Of a DNA stretch of 64,000 nt, positions 1-12,413 are shown one piece after another. Under the pieces are notes generated by a model, which saw nothing but the letters and a program-made list of their open reading frames with translations, was not told the origin of the DNA and made no database searches. Position 1 is the first letter of the stretch; every line of letters starts with the position of its first letter. The stretch is taken from NCBI RefSeq assembly GCF_038025025.1, contig NW_027117345.1, positions 1,736,001 to 1,800,000 of the forward strand, written 5' to 3'. Position numbers and translations under genes: made by a program. This DNA comes from Phyllosticta citribraziliensis (lineage: Eukaryota).

Positions 1-2397
1 GAGGAGCTCAAAATCTCTGAGTCCATCAAGTTCCAATCTGTCCTCAACTTGCGCCCCTGTACGAAGACAGCTTGACTTCGGTGCTATCCCAATGTCCAAG
101 TATCTCTCCACTACGCATGTAAGACCTCCGATGCCCGTGTTGGATGCCAAAACCCCATCCTAGTTGCAACCGTGGTGCTTGAGAAGTCTCTGACATTGCT
201 CTTAGGATTTGGAAATGACAAAGGGAGACGAGGACGGAAGCCAGTCCGGAGGAAGCTCTTCCGGGGATTGGCCACGGGATCCGGGCGGCCATTGAATCAA
301 CAGTAAGGCTTCATTTAACCAGGACAGTTTGAGAGAAAAAGCCTCTAAAACAAGACATCACAAAAGGCAGGTCGTACCTCAATGGCAAAGCTCCAGAAAA
401 CCGCAGCAACAAGCTGGTAAAGACCACTGCATTCTGGTTCTCGATCCTCATCAACGAGTCAAGCGCATGATACTGCGTAGTATACGGGGCTTTCATGCAC
501 GCTGCCGTTGACATTCCGGTATCAAGAGACGATCTTGAAATGCAATCAAAAAAGAAAAGTCCCAACAGGGAAGCCACGGCGCGAGCTCTCACCCATCTCT
601 TGGATTTTCCACACCTGATAAATCACATTGGTGGGGTATTACGTTTTTCCTGATTTTCTACTCCCGACGTACGTACGACGTTGAAAGCTCAGCATTCTCT
701 CTCCCAACCCACACCATGCGGGTATCTGTATCATCTTGGAACGAAATTTTTGTACAAATCTACAAGAGACCTGCTTGCGCACCAACCTCGAAGGTGAATC
801 TACACGCCGGTAGATGATCGCAGTGATTCACAACATGGTCCTTTTCCCACATCCGTGCGGCACTTTGACTGTCTATCCCGCATGTCGGGAGACACAGTTC
901 CTGCATCCATTTCCCGCATTCACATGTTCGAGCGAGGACGCGAGCGTGTTAGTTTCCTGCAAGTCACACTGCGTCTCAATCTGCAAAAGTTCCAGGGCAC
1001 CTCCATGGTAAACAGTGGAGTATCTCCATTGGCCGATCGCACGGGCCCAATCACACCCAGAGGGCATGGCCTGGAAGGGACATGAGCGTCTGGTCGATGT
1101 GGAAGCTGGGGGAACGAGAGAGTCCCGGACAGAGGGGACAACGTCGAGGACACTCGGAATTCCTGCCCGCGACAAAAGCGAGCGAGCTGAACAGGGGTTG
1201 GCAATGCAAGCGATTGGCCCTATGGAGGGTTCCATTCGCCGACGAGAATCGCACACGCATGCAGGAACTGCCGATGAACCTTTGTCGCGAGTCGTTTGAC
1301 GTCAGCTTCCTCTGTCGCTCCCCTACCGGTCAGTGCCGCCGTGGGCAAATTGAACGACGGAACGAAGCTGGTCTCGGGAATTCCGCCCGCTAGTGACGTG
1401 CGGCCTTCGAAACGCTTGCAGTGCCTGCGCAAGCACGCAAGCAACCCCAGTTAGCTGCAGGAACTCGCGACGCAACCGCCACGTTCGTCGAACGACACTG
1501 TGGCTTGGGAAATGGGTCCATGTTTTGCTCTAGCTACTCAGAATTCCGTGTCTCTGGTTTCGGGGCTGAGCGACTAGGGGTCCTTTTGAGCTCCGCCGTA
1601 ATGAACGACTGTTTCTCTCCAGTCCCAAACTCCTTCTGAGTAATGGCAGTGTTTCTCCACAGCTTTGTCTCTTCCTAAGACGCCATGTGCGAGTTACCGC
1701 CTACATGGAAAGTCTGCCCAGTCAACCACTCATGCAGTGGGGAAATTCGCGGAAACAACCCACCGTCATCCCGCAAGTTGAACTCGGGAGAGTGAAGAGC
1801 AAGGCTGTGGATTCGTGCTAGCCAGGCTGGGGTGGCCCTGGCTCTCCCGCACTGATACCGTGATCTCCTTGGGCCTCGAGGAGGTGCTGTCCGCTCGACT
1901 CTTATCAAACCACGTCGTTGTCGTCGGCGGCGTTGGCGTTGGCTTCGTCGCGCAGCAGCCATCTGCAGGGGTGTCAGCCAATGTCTATTGTCAAAGGGGC
2001 CAGAGGTGGCAGGTCCTCCAATCGTCGTCTTGAGGTCCGGGTCAATCTGCAGGTTAGTATCCACGCTTATCTATTATACAAAACCCGGTGTACCAGGCAA
2101 AGGAAGAAAGAAACAAGAAAGGAAAGTTTTGTTTGAAAGCAAGAAACCCCGGAGAAAAAGCCCATTCCCATCAACTCCAAAAACTTGCAGTGGTGGGTAT
2201 CTCAAAACAACAAGACAAGTAACATCCCATCCCTCCACCCTTCGATGCCGAAACCTGATGTCAAACACCAAAAAATACAAGATGCTCCTCCAAGACTCAT
2301 GTTCAATGTCGTATATCGTATGTCGTCGGTCGTCGTCTCACGTCGCTTGTTCGTGTCTGGCGGGTCGTGATGTCGGTATGCGATGCGCGTGGTCCTC

Positions 2398-3381
2398 TCA
2401 AATGCCCTCCACCTTGACGCCCGACAAGTCCCACTCAAGCTGGACAGAGTTGTGCTCAACCTTGACACCATCCGGAATGCCGTAATCTCCGACCAAGACT
2501 TTTGGCAATGACTTGCGGTACGCTTCCCTCGCATCCTTGCCGGCTTCCTGGGCCTCGAAAGCATACATGCCCGCCGCCAGAGCTGCGTCCCTGGCCGAAA
2601 AGAAGCTCTCCCTGGCATCGAATCTGCTCAATTTACGCATGGAGCAGCGGCCGCGTCCCGGAAACACAGTCCTGTGGTCGTTCCTGCTGTACATAGTCGA
2701 GTGGTATCTCCATCCGGAGAGACGTGCCACGCGGTCGAGCGCCTCCTGGAAGCCATATCCTTCCTTGAACAGGCCATGCAAAAGATTCAGGCCCATTTGT
2801 GCAAGGTATGCTTCGTAAAGGACACCGCCGAGATGAATGGTGCCCTGATAACGCATCTGGACGAGGTTATGAACGAATGGCTTCATGACAGCAAGTGCGT
2901 TGTTTCTCATAGCGCCGGGGTGAGTGCGGTAATCGATTGAGAAAAGGCGGGGATGTTGCGCAAAGCGAAGGAATGCAGTGTCGAAGGTGGCGCTGGCCTT
3001 GGTGTTGCAACTGCAAAAGCAGATGGTGTTGTAGCTTGCCCACAGCAAGCTGAGGTATTCGGTGCGCACTACTGGGGTGACGCGGATGTTGGAGCGCAGG
3101 AGAGAAGCCTTGAAGTCGACGACCACTTGGGCCCCACGAGGCGAGAGCAGCTTGCAGTCCATGGTGAGGCCGTTTGCCAAAGGGCTGTGGTCTTCTTCAA
3201 GGACGAATCCCCAAATCCTGTTGCGCACCTCGGCCGGCAGCGTTGGCAGAGGTCGAGCGCTGAGCGCGGCGCGAGCGGAGACGGCCATGTCGGCAGCGGG
3301 GGGCGAGGCGGGTGCGATCTCGGACATGGCGGCAGAGTTGGAGAGGGAGATGACGTTCGGCGAAGGGGAGATGTCAGGCAT
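2398..3381 (-). CDS. Hypothetical fungal protein (~327 aa) with N-terminal F-box-like motif
   Basis: Long ORF 2398..3615; most plausible ATG at 3381 (MPDISPSPNV); motif LPTLPAEVRNRIWGFVL resembles the F-box-like LPxEIRxxIW start of many fungal hypothetical proteins. Confidence 0.65.
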   Translation of the reverse strand: MPDISPSPNVISLSNSAAMSEIAPASPPAADMAVSARAALSARPLPTLPAEVRNRIWGFVLEEDHSPLANGLTMDCKLLSPRGAQVVVDFKASLLRSNIRVTPVVRTEYLSLLWASYNTICFCSCNTKASATFDTAFLRFAQHPRLFSIDYRTHPGAMRNNALAVMKPFVHNLVQMRYQGTIHLGGVLYEAYLAQMGLNLLHGLFKEGYGFQEALDRVARLSGWRYHSTMYSRNDHRTVFPGRGRCSMRKLSRFDARESFFSARDAALAAGMYAFEAQEAGKDAREAYRKSLPKVLVGDYGIPDGVKVEHNSVQLEWDLSGVKVEGI

Positions 3382-4059
3382 GGCGGTGGGTGTGGAGAGG
3401 TAGAGGGTGGACGGAGAGATGGCGGCGCAGGGAGGTTTTGATTGTGCGCGGTGCCGAGTCTTGGGGACGAAGAGGAAGGCACAGGACGAGATGGAAACAA
3501 ACAGAGAGTTTTCCCGGCGTGAATGGACATGAATGCTCCTCGTCTGCCACCACGTTGGATGACGGAACCTCCTGCGTGCAACGCACCCACCGGTATGAAG
3601 CCTCCCCAAGCGCACGACGCGACTGGACGTGACATGCTCATATTCAACCCGATCAAAGTGACGGAGCCTCCAAACGCCATGTTTGAGCGCAAATTGCCAA
3701 AGTGCGAGGAAGGGTGACCAGAGCCCAATGACTCTGCAGTATTTGTGACCACTATGCCACTAGATTTCGCCGTGTTCTCTTTTCTTGCCCGTCAAAACTC
3801 GTAGAGAAGTACTAAGACAACTTTATATGGGTCGTCCCAAGTTCTCTGTGCAAACGACCATGGGACAAATCAGCAACACCAAGGAAAGATCGGGGTAGGT
3901 TGCGACGATGTCTTGGCGGCGTGTTGTGACTGCGCCGTGGTGTTGGTGAAAGCGGCGGTGACGTCGACGCCAAATGAGCCAGACCGGGAGCCAATTAATA
4001 AGTTTAATCAGCGAGCTCAATCTTCGACGCGGAGCAGGTTTGGGAGTGATGTCTCTTTC

Positions 4060-4378
4060 GTAAGTTGTGGCGTAGGTGGACGACCCCTACGTTTCAACCT
4101 CTGCGTCTGCTAGGAAGCTCCTGCCCTGAGTAGACCCCTTCCGTGTTGCAATCCGAGGACTCGAGTTCGAGTCTTACGGTGCGCCCGATATAGCCAGAAT
4201 TACTTTCCGTCCGGCCCAGTGGTAGGCGACGGTCTGGGCTACTCTGGGTCGGTAGTCGCCACAAATTCGACTTGCAACGCCAAGTCATTGGAAGAATTCG
4301 TGGACTGTCAGGCTGATGGTGGCAGACAGCAGAACCAAAAACACTTTTTTATCTTTCCCTCTACGGGCTAACCTGTAG
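4060..4378 (+). ncRNA. Candidate structured non-coding RNA or structured intron (unassigned family)
   Basis: Nested complementary segments with G-U pairs favouring + strand; GTAAGT at 4060, GCTAAC at 4367, TAG at 4376-4378; A-box-like, B-box-like and T6 motifs. Confidence 0.4.
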
Positions 4379-4852
4379 CCCGCAGCCCACCAACCTGATT
4401 GAGGTTGTGGTCATTCCCACCTCTTTACAACATGCCGTAAAGCTTAGGAAGATGCAACATCGCAGGCGCTGCTGCCCGGACCGTCGCGCTCGTTGGAGGT
4501 GAATGTGCGTTAGGCTGCAGCTGTGAGCCTGCTTTCGCAATCACCTAGTCGACGGCCTGGCTGTCTGGCGAGTTGCTATCCTCTACAAGTTGGTGTTGCT
4601 TCCGTGCAGCGCACTGCGTGGCAACACCACGGTCGAGGGAGAGCAGTCCCGCCGCCAGAGTCGCCGTTGGCCGTTGCTCTGGTGTGCATGCGTGCCGCAG
4701 GCTGAAGTCATGGCGATTATGCAGCCCCGACTCTTACTTACTCTGAAGTCTTACTCCTTCAACAGATGTACCCATCGACGAGCTCATAATCCCGTTCACT
4801 GTATGTATCCGCCACAGAGACCCAAACCAAAGACTCATCCTCTCCGCAAACC

Positions 4853-6906
4853 CTACTCGTACAGCCGATTCCGATTCAATCTCTCCACCTTTCCCTCGCC
4901 ATCGGCATTATTCGACAGGACGATGCAGCCAGCGGCGGCGTCTGGCTTGGCATCGCCCAAGAAGACGACGACGTCCTTGAGCATCCGCACCCTTTCATCG
5001 CCTTCCATCCACGTGCCTCCCTCCGGAACGACGATGCGGTTCTTGCGCGTGAGCGAGGAGACGGTGTCGAAGACGTCAGGGGCGACGCTGGCGACGCCAC
5101 AGATGGCCGAGACGGCGGCTGCGGCCATGAGGAAGAGGCTGCAGATGAGGAGGATGCCGAGCCACTGGTAGTGGCACTCTAAGAAGTGCTCCGTAGTCCA
5201 GCTTATTCCACTTCCCGTGCGCGTCGTGAAGTTGCTGTCTGCGGACGGTGCGAATTCGCTCAGAATTATTGATCCGTGTGGCATCATAGAAGCCATCCGA
5301 ATCGTGTTCATGAGCTGAGTCAATCGGAGAGCGAAGTCTTCCGCCGTTACGGCCAAGAATTCTTCCTTCGTCTTTGGCACATAGGGATCTGTAGGGTCGG
5401 CAAGGTAGTAGTTGAGTGTGGTAGGCCTCTTCGACGCCGGCTGGAATGCCTTTATCTGTCGAAGGCCCTTGAAGAATCGATCGAATAATCTCCCATCTTC
5501 CAAGGGAGTCCAGTCTTGATCTTCCATGGTAGAGTTTTTTCTGCGCACGGCAGTCATGTGCCAGGGCTTGGGCGCACCTGGTGTTGTGTCTCGGAAAATC
5601 TCGACTTCAACGAAACTCATGGACAAGACGAAATCTGCGGAGAGGTAAACGTGTTTGCCTTTGCCGGTCCCAAGTGGTCGTATATGGTCATCCACAAAAA
5701 TAGTTTGAGGCCCATGTGTTGTTCCGTCCAGTGCATTAGACTGATTGGATCCTTCGAACTGACCTGAGAATCTGAGACCAAGCGGTATTTTTTCGTTTTT
5801 ATTGGCGTCTTTTTCGTACGACTCGTAAAGATTTATGTTGCCTGGACTGATCTCACGATAACTGTCATTGGTAAAAAAAGTTGGGGTAAGATGCATATAA
5901 GCCGCGACGAACGTAAAGTTTGCACTTTGCTGCGCAACGTCTGCTGTGAAAGGTGTGAAGGGAACTCCGATTAGCGATGCGTGTGCTATGGCATCTAGTT
6001 CGATACCACGGTACCATCCTCCAGCATGTGGTTTTGAACCTTTCTCGACGATTTCGATCATCGGAATATGGAGATTCGACCAGGAATCGACACTGGAGTT
6101 TCTTGTCAAGCTGCTGGCAGCCAACGCTGTGGAAAATGCCAGATCGCGACTGTTATAGCCAGATTCAGAATCTTCACCCAGACTTTGAGGCGAGGTAGTA
6201 TTCGTGTCCAGTAATGTGACGCTTAAGGGTGAGATGGGATCTCGAGATTCCCTCGACACGATCCGGAGAGAAGCTTGACTTCCAAGAGGCGACAAGGCCC
6301 AGCTGATGAGAAGCGCAAGCATCAGAGGGCTAGTCAGGCGAAACTTCCACGGCATGAATATGGTGTTTCCCAGACTCGTGCTTCCCAGGAGTTGAGCCAT
6401 CGTCCCGACGGCTAGACCTCTTTCGGACTGCCATCTGGCAATATTTTTCAGACAGTGGGAAACGGTAGCCGCGAAAAGGTATGTAAAGATCGTGGTGGCC
6501 TTTTCAATTTTTAGCTATCTGTCAAAGATAGGGATGGGTAACAAACGTATTTGGCTACTCTCAAGAGTATGTTTCCTGTTGCCCAAGTGTCCTCATCGCG
6601 GATTGTCTTTTTATGGTTGTGAAAGCAAATGATCCCATAGATGAAGTATGCCAAGGCAAGCGTTCCCAGTATCATATCGGGTAGACACTGAAAATAGGCT
6701 TCGGTAGTACTCCTCAATCGTTGAGAAGCAGGGCATTTGGAGGGCTGGATTGTTGTCGAAGAAGAGGATTGTGGGAGCAGTGCCAGTTCCACCTCGCTGG
6801 AACCTGCGGAAGGGTGTGCCATGATGTTGCCTGCCGACAAAGAGGAGGTATCCGGCGGGACTTTATGCTGTGGGCAATCCGACATGGTTGCGATTTGGGC
6901 GGCCAA
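4853..6906 (-). CDS. Conserved-type fungal multi-pass membrane protein of unknown function (2 exons; intron ~6500-6546)
   Basis: ORF 6511..6906 joins ORF 4853..6400 through a 47-nt GT-AG intron giving RVAKY-ATTIFTYLFAATVSHCLKNIARWQSERGLAVGTMAQLLGS; hydrophobic segments, WALSPLGSQASLR motif and C-terminal TM helix. Confidence 0.75.
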
Positions 6907-8801
6907 ATTTGTTCAGCCTTGCCATTTTCAAGCGTCCATAGAAAAGATGCAGTGTCACGTCCAATGCTGAGCGAGCACCATCGGACAGTGGGCACAGCCG
7001 CTTCGAAAATACACAAGGGACCCACAGACACTTTCCATGGAATGAATCGAGTGGTCCAGACCGCACCTTGCGATTCGAGCAGCCTTCTCAGCTTGGGCAA
7101 AGTAACCAAGGGCGTTTTCATGCACTCAGAGGTGGGCATAAGGCCAGCCAGCAGTCGGCAAATCATGTCGCCATGAACATTGACAAAAAGATGAATGAAA
7201 ATGGAACGAATGCTTCAGCTCTGATGGCGGAAGCATCAGAACTTGAATTGCCCTGGGAACTCATCGAGGACTCCAAACTACAGCCAGGGAGTGAGGGAGG
7301 GTCGCACTTAAGATTTTGGTGTAGGAACGAATGTTCGTAAAGCCTTGTACGCCCCGAAACCGGACAGGCTGAGTTCGTCCACTGTCAAAGTCTCACCCAA
7401 TTGAGGCTTGGGTGGACTGGAGAAGGCCCAATATGCAAGGCTGAAATCTGTTTGGTTGCTCACAGGCAAGCCACAGGCTCTGGCCAGATTCAGTCTCTAA
7501 CGCAACGAAACGCTTTTCAAAGTCGGCGACGGGCGTGGTCTGCTAGGTGAGTCTGGTCCAAGTCGGTTGGAATTATCCTGTCAAGTAACGGGGCGTGCGT
7601 TACCGGGCATTCATCACCCGACCTCATCAGGAAAACCAATCGCATCCGAGGGCAGACGGGATTCTCGTTCACTTGACGAGGACATGAAGCGACAAGGCTG
7701 AATGCTGACCTTTCCACAGGGCGTACGACTGGTCGGCTCCAAGTGTCAGATCCATGTGCACCAGTCGGGAACCAGTGGAAGAGCCGGGCTAACCCGTGTA
7801 GGTAATATGATGGTGCGGACAACGTAGGCTAAATTGGACTGTGCTCGGTTGACCAGGGCAAGCATGCCCAGCTTCATGACGTATGGAGATGGTCGAGACG
7901 GGATGGAGCTCTTTGCGAAGGGGATGGGCAGGGCCGAGGCTACGATGCAGTGTAGGGCGGGTGACAGGTCGGTTTTCGGCCAGCCACGCGGAAGAGGTAT
8001 GCAGACTGGAGTGACACAGGGCGACGATGGCTGAGATCAACAGCACAGCAGAATGACGGAGAGCGAGAGGAGTGGTGGCGAAGAGAACGAGTTTTCAGAA
8101 GCACGGGGTCGTGTTTGATAAGTGAGCGGCATGACGTAGTAGCGCTGGACCCTTTTGGGACGACGTGATAGGTCGAGAGGCGCAGATATGATGAAAGGCT
8201 CCGAATTTCCCAACCGGACGACATGGACGCGGCCGAGGGAAGTACAAGTACAGCGACGACGGGTTGCGGGGTCGAATGGCACGGCGCCAGTAGTGGAAAT
8301 GGCGCGGCGAGGTGCAGCTGCGGCTACTCGAGGGCGGGTAGAGCGACAAGGTGGTGCGGTGGTGTTGTTGGAGTGAGGTGTGGGGGGAAACAAAGATGCA
8401 GTGGCTCGTCGAGGTCGATGGAGTCGAATCGTTCCTGGCCCGCGCCACGGGTGGATCAATCGAAGCTGCCCCTCCATTACGTTACGGTACAGCCAGCTAC
8501 ACTCTGCCCTGCTATACAAGACATGCTGCCCTTGCCTCTGCCACCTCTCAACGGCCCTATTCTTCCTCTCCAGCACCCATAACCTACTCTCCTAACAACC
8601 TGAGCTTCATCCATTATCGCCTCGCTCAGCTTGAGCCCAGACGTTTTGCGCCTGACTCGCCCTCGTCCATTCTTAAACACCACTCCCTCTCGCTCCCAGC
8701 ACCTCGACTGTCGGTACCACGCTCTCTTCCGACTCGTCAACTGCTACACAGAACCCTCTCTACGTACTCCCTCTACCAGGCACAGCTCACTCGGTTGTGA
8801 A

Positions 8802-11212
8802 ATGAGCTCGCAATCTTCCGAACCCCAGCGCCACCACCACCGCACCTCGACCACCGACCTCGACCCCTTGTCGACTGCCCAGGTCTACTACGGGCAGTCG
8901 CACAAGAAGAACTCAAAGACTCGCACCTACTCTAGTGTACGTCGTACCTCACAACCCACGCGCATCTGTCGCTAATACGCATTGCAGGTCGTAGATGTCT
9001 CGAGGCGCCATGATGCTGCCATGGCTGCCGGGCTGAGGCAGCCGGGGAGGAGGTCTAGTCACGGTACCACACCCCTCCTATGACACGGCCAGTACGGCGA
9101 ATGCTAATGCGCGCAGATGAACCCTCCTCTGTCCCCCGCAAGTTCCTGATTCCCGTCGACGAGACCCTCCAGACGCTGCTCGCTCGCGAAGACACCGACC
9201 AAAACTATCAAATCACAATCGATGACCATGGGCCAAAGGTACGGAGCTGTGCCGCAAATGGTTGATTGTCAGAGGCTCTGATTGCTCACACTGAGGCAGG
9301 TCCTGTCGGTGGGTACTGCGGCCTCCAACGGTCTGAACCGCTTTGACGTTCGCGGCACCTACATGCTCTCGAACCTTCTCCAAGAACTCACGCTCGCCAA
9401 AGACTACGGCCGCAAGACCATCATCCTCGACGAAGCCCGTCTCAACGAAAATCCAGTAAACCGCCTGTCTCGCCTTATTAGGGACTCTTTCTGGAACAAC
9501 CTCACCCGCAAAACCGATGCTTCCAACATTGCCCGCATTGCCCGCGACCCCAAGGATTGGACCCCCAACCCACACCCCAGAGTCTACGTTCCGCGCGGGG
9601 CTCCGGAGCAATTCGAATACTACAAGAAGCATGCCGAGGAACATCCCGAGGAGAAACTCGAGGTCATCTGGCTGGCTGAGGACTGTGCCGACGATGAATA
9701 CGTGAGGGACCTGAACGATGCGCCCGGTCTTCTTGCGCTCGAGATGGAGGAGTACATCAACGAAAAGGGCGAAAAGGATTTTCGTGGGTTGCCCTTCGTG
9801 GTGCCCGGCGGCAGATTCAACGAGCTGTACGGTTGGGACAGCTACATGGAGTCGCTCGGCCTTCTGGTGAATGACCGCGTGGACTTGGTCAAGTCCATGG
9901 TGCAAAACTTTTGCTTCTGCATCAAGCACTACGGCAAGATTCTCAACGGAAATCGCACCTACTACCTTGGTCGCTCTCAGCCCCCCTTCTTGACCGACAT
10001 GTCTCTACGTGTCTATGAGCGCATCAAGCACGAGCCCGGCGCAGTCGACTTCCTGCGGACTTCGATCATGGCGGCAATCAAGGAATACTACAGCGTGTGG
10101 ATGGCACAGCCGAGGTACGATGCGGAGAGCGGTCTGTCGAGATATCGTCCCCAAGGAATCGGCGTTCCTCCAGAGACGGAGGCGACGCACTTTGTGCACA
10201 TCCTCGAGCCGTATGCTAAGAAGCACGGCATGACTTTCGAGGAGTTTGTACACGCCTACAACCACCGCACAGTCCTTGAGCCCGAGCTTGACGATTACTT
10301 TTTGCACGACCGCGCCGTCAGAGAGTCTGGCCACGACACATCGTACCGTTTGGAGCGTGTTGCGGCAAACCTCGCGACCGTCGATCTCAACTCGCTGCTC
10401 TACAAGTACGAGACAGACATTGCACGCGTTATTCGTGGACACTTCAACGACAAACTTGCCATCCCTGAAGAGTTTTGCCTTCCCGGCCAGGATCCGTACG
10501 TCGAGACTTCGGCCACCTGGGACCGTCGGGCCAAGAAAAGAAAGGCCCTCATGGACAAGTACATGTGGAACGACGAGGAAGGCATGTACTTTGACTACAA
10601 CACGGTCGAGAAGAAGCAGACGGGCTACGAGAGTGCCACAACGTTCTGGCCCATGTGGTCTGGCGTTGCCACGCCGCGCCAGGCTGCCGCACTTGTTGCC
10701 AAGGCATTGCCCAAGCTCGAGGAGTACGGTGGACTGGCATCGGGAACTGAGAAATCTCGCGGCCCCATCGGACTCGAAAGGCCCAACCGTCAATGGGACT
10801 ATCCCTTTGGATGGGCACCGCAGCAGATGCTTGCGTGGGTTGGTTTCGAGCGCTATGGTTACGAGACGGAGGCCCAGCGCCTGGCTTACAAATGGTGCTA
10901 CATGGTCACCAAGGCTTTTGTCGACTTCAACGGCGTCGTGGTGGAAAAGTACGACGTTACCAGGCCAATTGATCCTCACAAGGTCGAGGCAGAGTACGGC
11001 AACCAGGGCAGCGACTTCAAGGGCGTGCCACGCGAAGGGTAAGTCTGTTCGAGATGTTTGCTTTCCAGATGCTAACTTTGAGCAGTTTTGGTTGGGTCAA
11101 CGCCAGCTATGTCTACGGCTTACAGCTTCTCAACGCCCACATGAGACGTGCGCTGGGTGCTTTGACCGAGTATGACGCCTTCATCAAGGCGACTGAAGCA
11201 CTGGGCTTTTGA
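8802..11212 (+). CDS. NTH1: Neutral trehalase (GH37), 5 exons; introns ~8937-8987, 9064-9117, 9239-9299, 11039-11084
   Basis: [39 protein letters not shown] and EGFGWVN motifs; N-terminal RRSSHD PKA-type site and [12 protein letters not shown]a-binding motif. Confidence 0.97.
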
Positions 11213-11778
11213 TTCCGACTTTGATCTCTTGAATTGTGGCAGTCTACTGCGTTGGTTGGTCGATTCTAGCGAATTGGTAGCAAGCTTTACAGCATGACAA
11301 GGCATTTCCGGTTTTGAAGTTTCATCATGAGCACGTCGAGAATTCCGGTAGAAGGCAGCGTTTGTTTGGCTACGGGCGGTGTTTATAACGGGTAGGGCGG
11401 TTTGGACGGAGTAGAGGAATAGGCTAGCGGTCAGCGTCAGATCAACGCCGAAAATATTGAACGCGGTGTCCCAAGACGGCCATGTGAGGCGGAGCGCAGT
11501 TCAAGATGGCTGGAAGACGGTCGAACAGAGAACTCGGCAGATGACTAAGATGCGATGACTAGACGTCAGTGCATGGCCGCCGCCTCGCAAATGGCCGATC
11601 CGGTCGTCACAGCTCACGCTCCACTCGTCATAAAAGCGCATTCCCTTCCCCACCACCACCGACCTCAGCACACCCCTTCCCATCATCCACGACCAACGCT
11701 GCACCCAGCTATCCACAACGCTCTCTCACAAGCAACCCGCTCCGTCGACCGTCGCTTACAGCTCAAACAACCGCCACC

Positions 11779-12413
11779 ATGTCTGACGATTGGGAGACTT
11801 CAACCAAGATCGGTTCTCGCGTGCGCGGCGGCGCTGCTGCCCCTCGCGAGACGGTCGTCCGCGGCAAGAGCGCGCTGAATGCTGCTCAGCGCAGCGGCGC
11901 CGTTCTCGCGACCGAGAAGAAATACGCCTCCACCAATGCTGTAAGTTGATCTGAGCCGTCGAGCCTTGTCTGACACCTGTCACCTCGCCTTGCCACTGGG
12001 CAGCCATCACATCACCAGCCATCCTCCACAGCCTAACACAATCACACACGCCCTGAGCAAACCACAAAAGACGCAAGCTAACAGCCCTCCCTCTCCAGCG
12101 CGGCGGCCCCGAAGGCCAGCACCTCACCAAAGTGGACCGATCGGACGACATCGTCAAGCCCAAGACGGTGGGCGTCAAGGTGGGCGACGCGATCAAGAAG
12201 GCGCGGTCCGAGGCCAAGAACGACAAGGGCACGACCATGACGCAGAAGGACCTGGCCACAAAGTGCAACACGACGCCGACGATTGTGGCCGACTTTGAGC
12301 GCGGCAGCGCCACGCCCGACCAGAAGCTGCTCGGCAACATGGAGCGCGTCCTCAACGTCATCCTGCGCGGCGACAAGATCGGCGAGCCCAAGTTTCCGAA
12401 CAAGAAGAAATAA
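11779..12413 (+). CDS. MBF1: Multiprotein-bridging factor 1 (HTH coactivator), intron 11941-12098
   Basis: [14 protein letters not shown]...ALNAAQRSG...[18 protein letters not shown]...MTQKDLATK...[10 protein letters not shown] typical of fungal Mbf1. Confidence 0.96.

Noticed and set aside
1735..1760. GGGGAAATTCGCGGAAAC resembling RNase P RNA CR-I, preceded by a hairpin
   Set aside because: No complementary P4 partner (CR-V) found downstream
1675..2064. 129-aa Arg-rich ORF
   Set aside because: Begins with GTG inside a probable intron; no homology recognisable
4100..4190. tRNA gene suggested by GTTCGAGTC
   Set aside because: T-stem, anticodon stem and acceptor stem do not form a cloverleaf
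4060..4350. SRP RNA or group I intron as identity of the structured element
   Set aside because: No helix 8 motif (AGG..GNRA..GCA) and no GACTA/TAGTC P7 pairing; only a partial GATATAG resemblance
1..4850. Telomerase RNA as explanation for the long-range pairing
   Set aside because: No TAACCCTAA-type template seen on either strand
7919..8473. STRE (AGGGG/CCCCT) sites upstream of NTH1
   Set aside because: Only about two 5-mers noticed, no more than chance
11210..11224. Stop read-through creating a peroxisomal signal on trehalase (TGA TTC CGA CTT TGA)
   Set aside because: Context is not TGA-CTA and FRL is not a canonical PTS1
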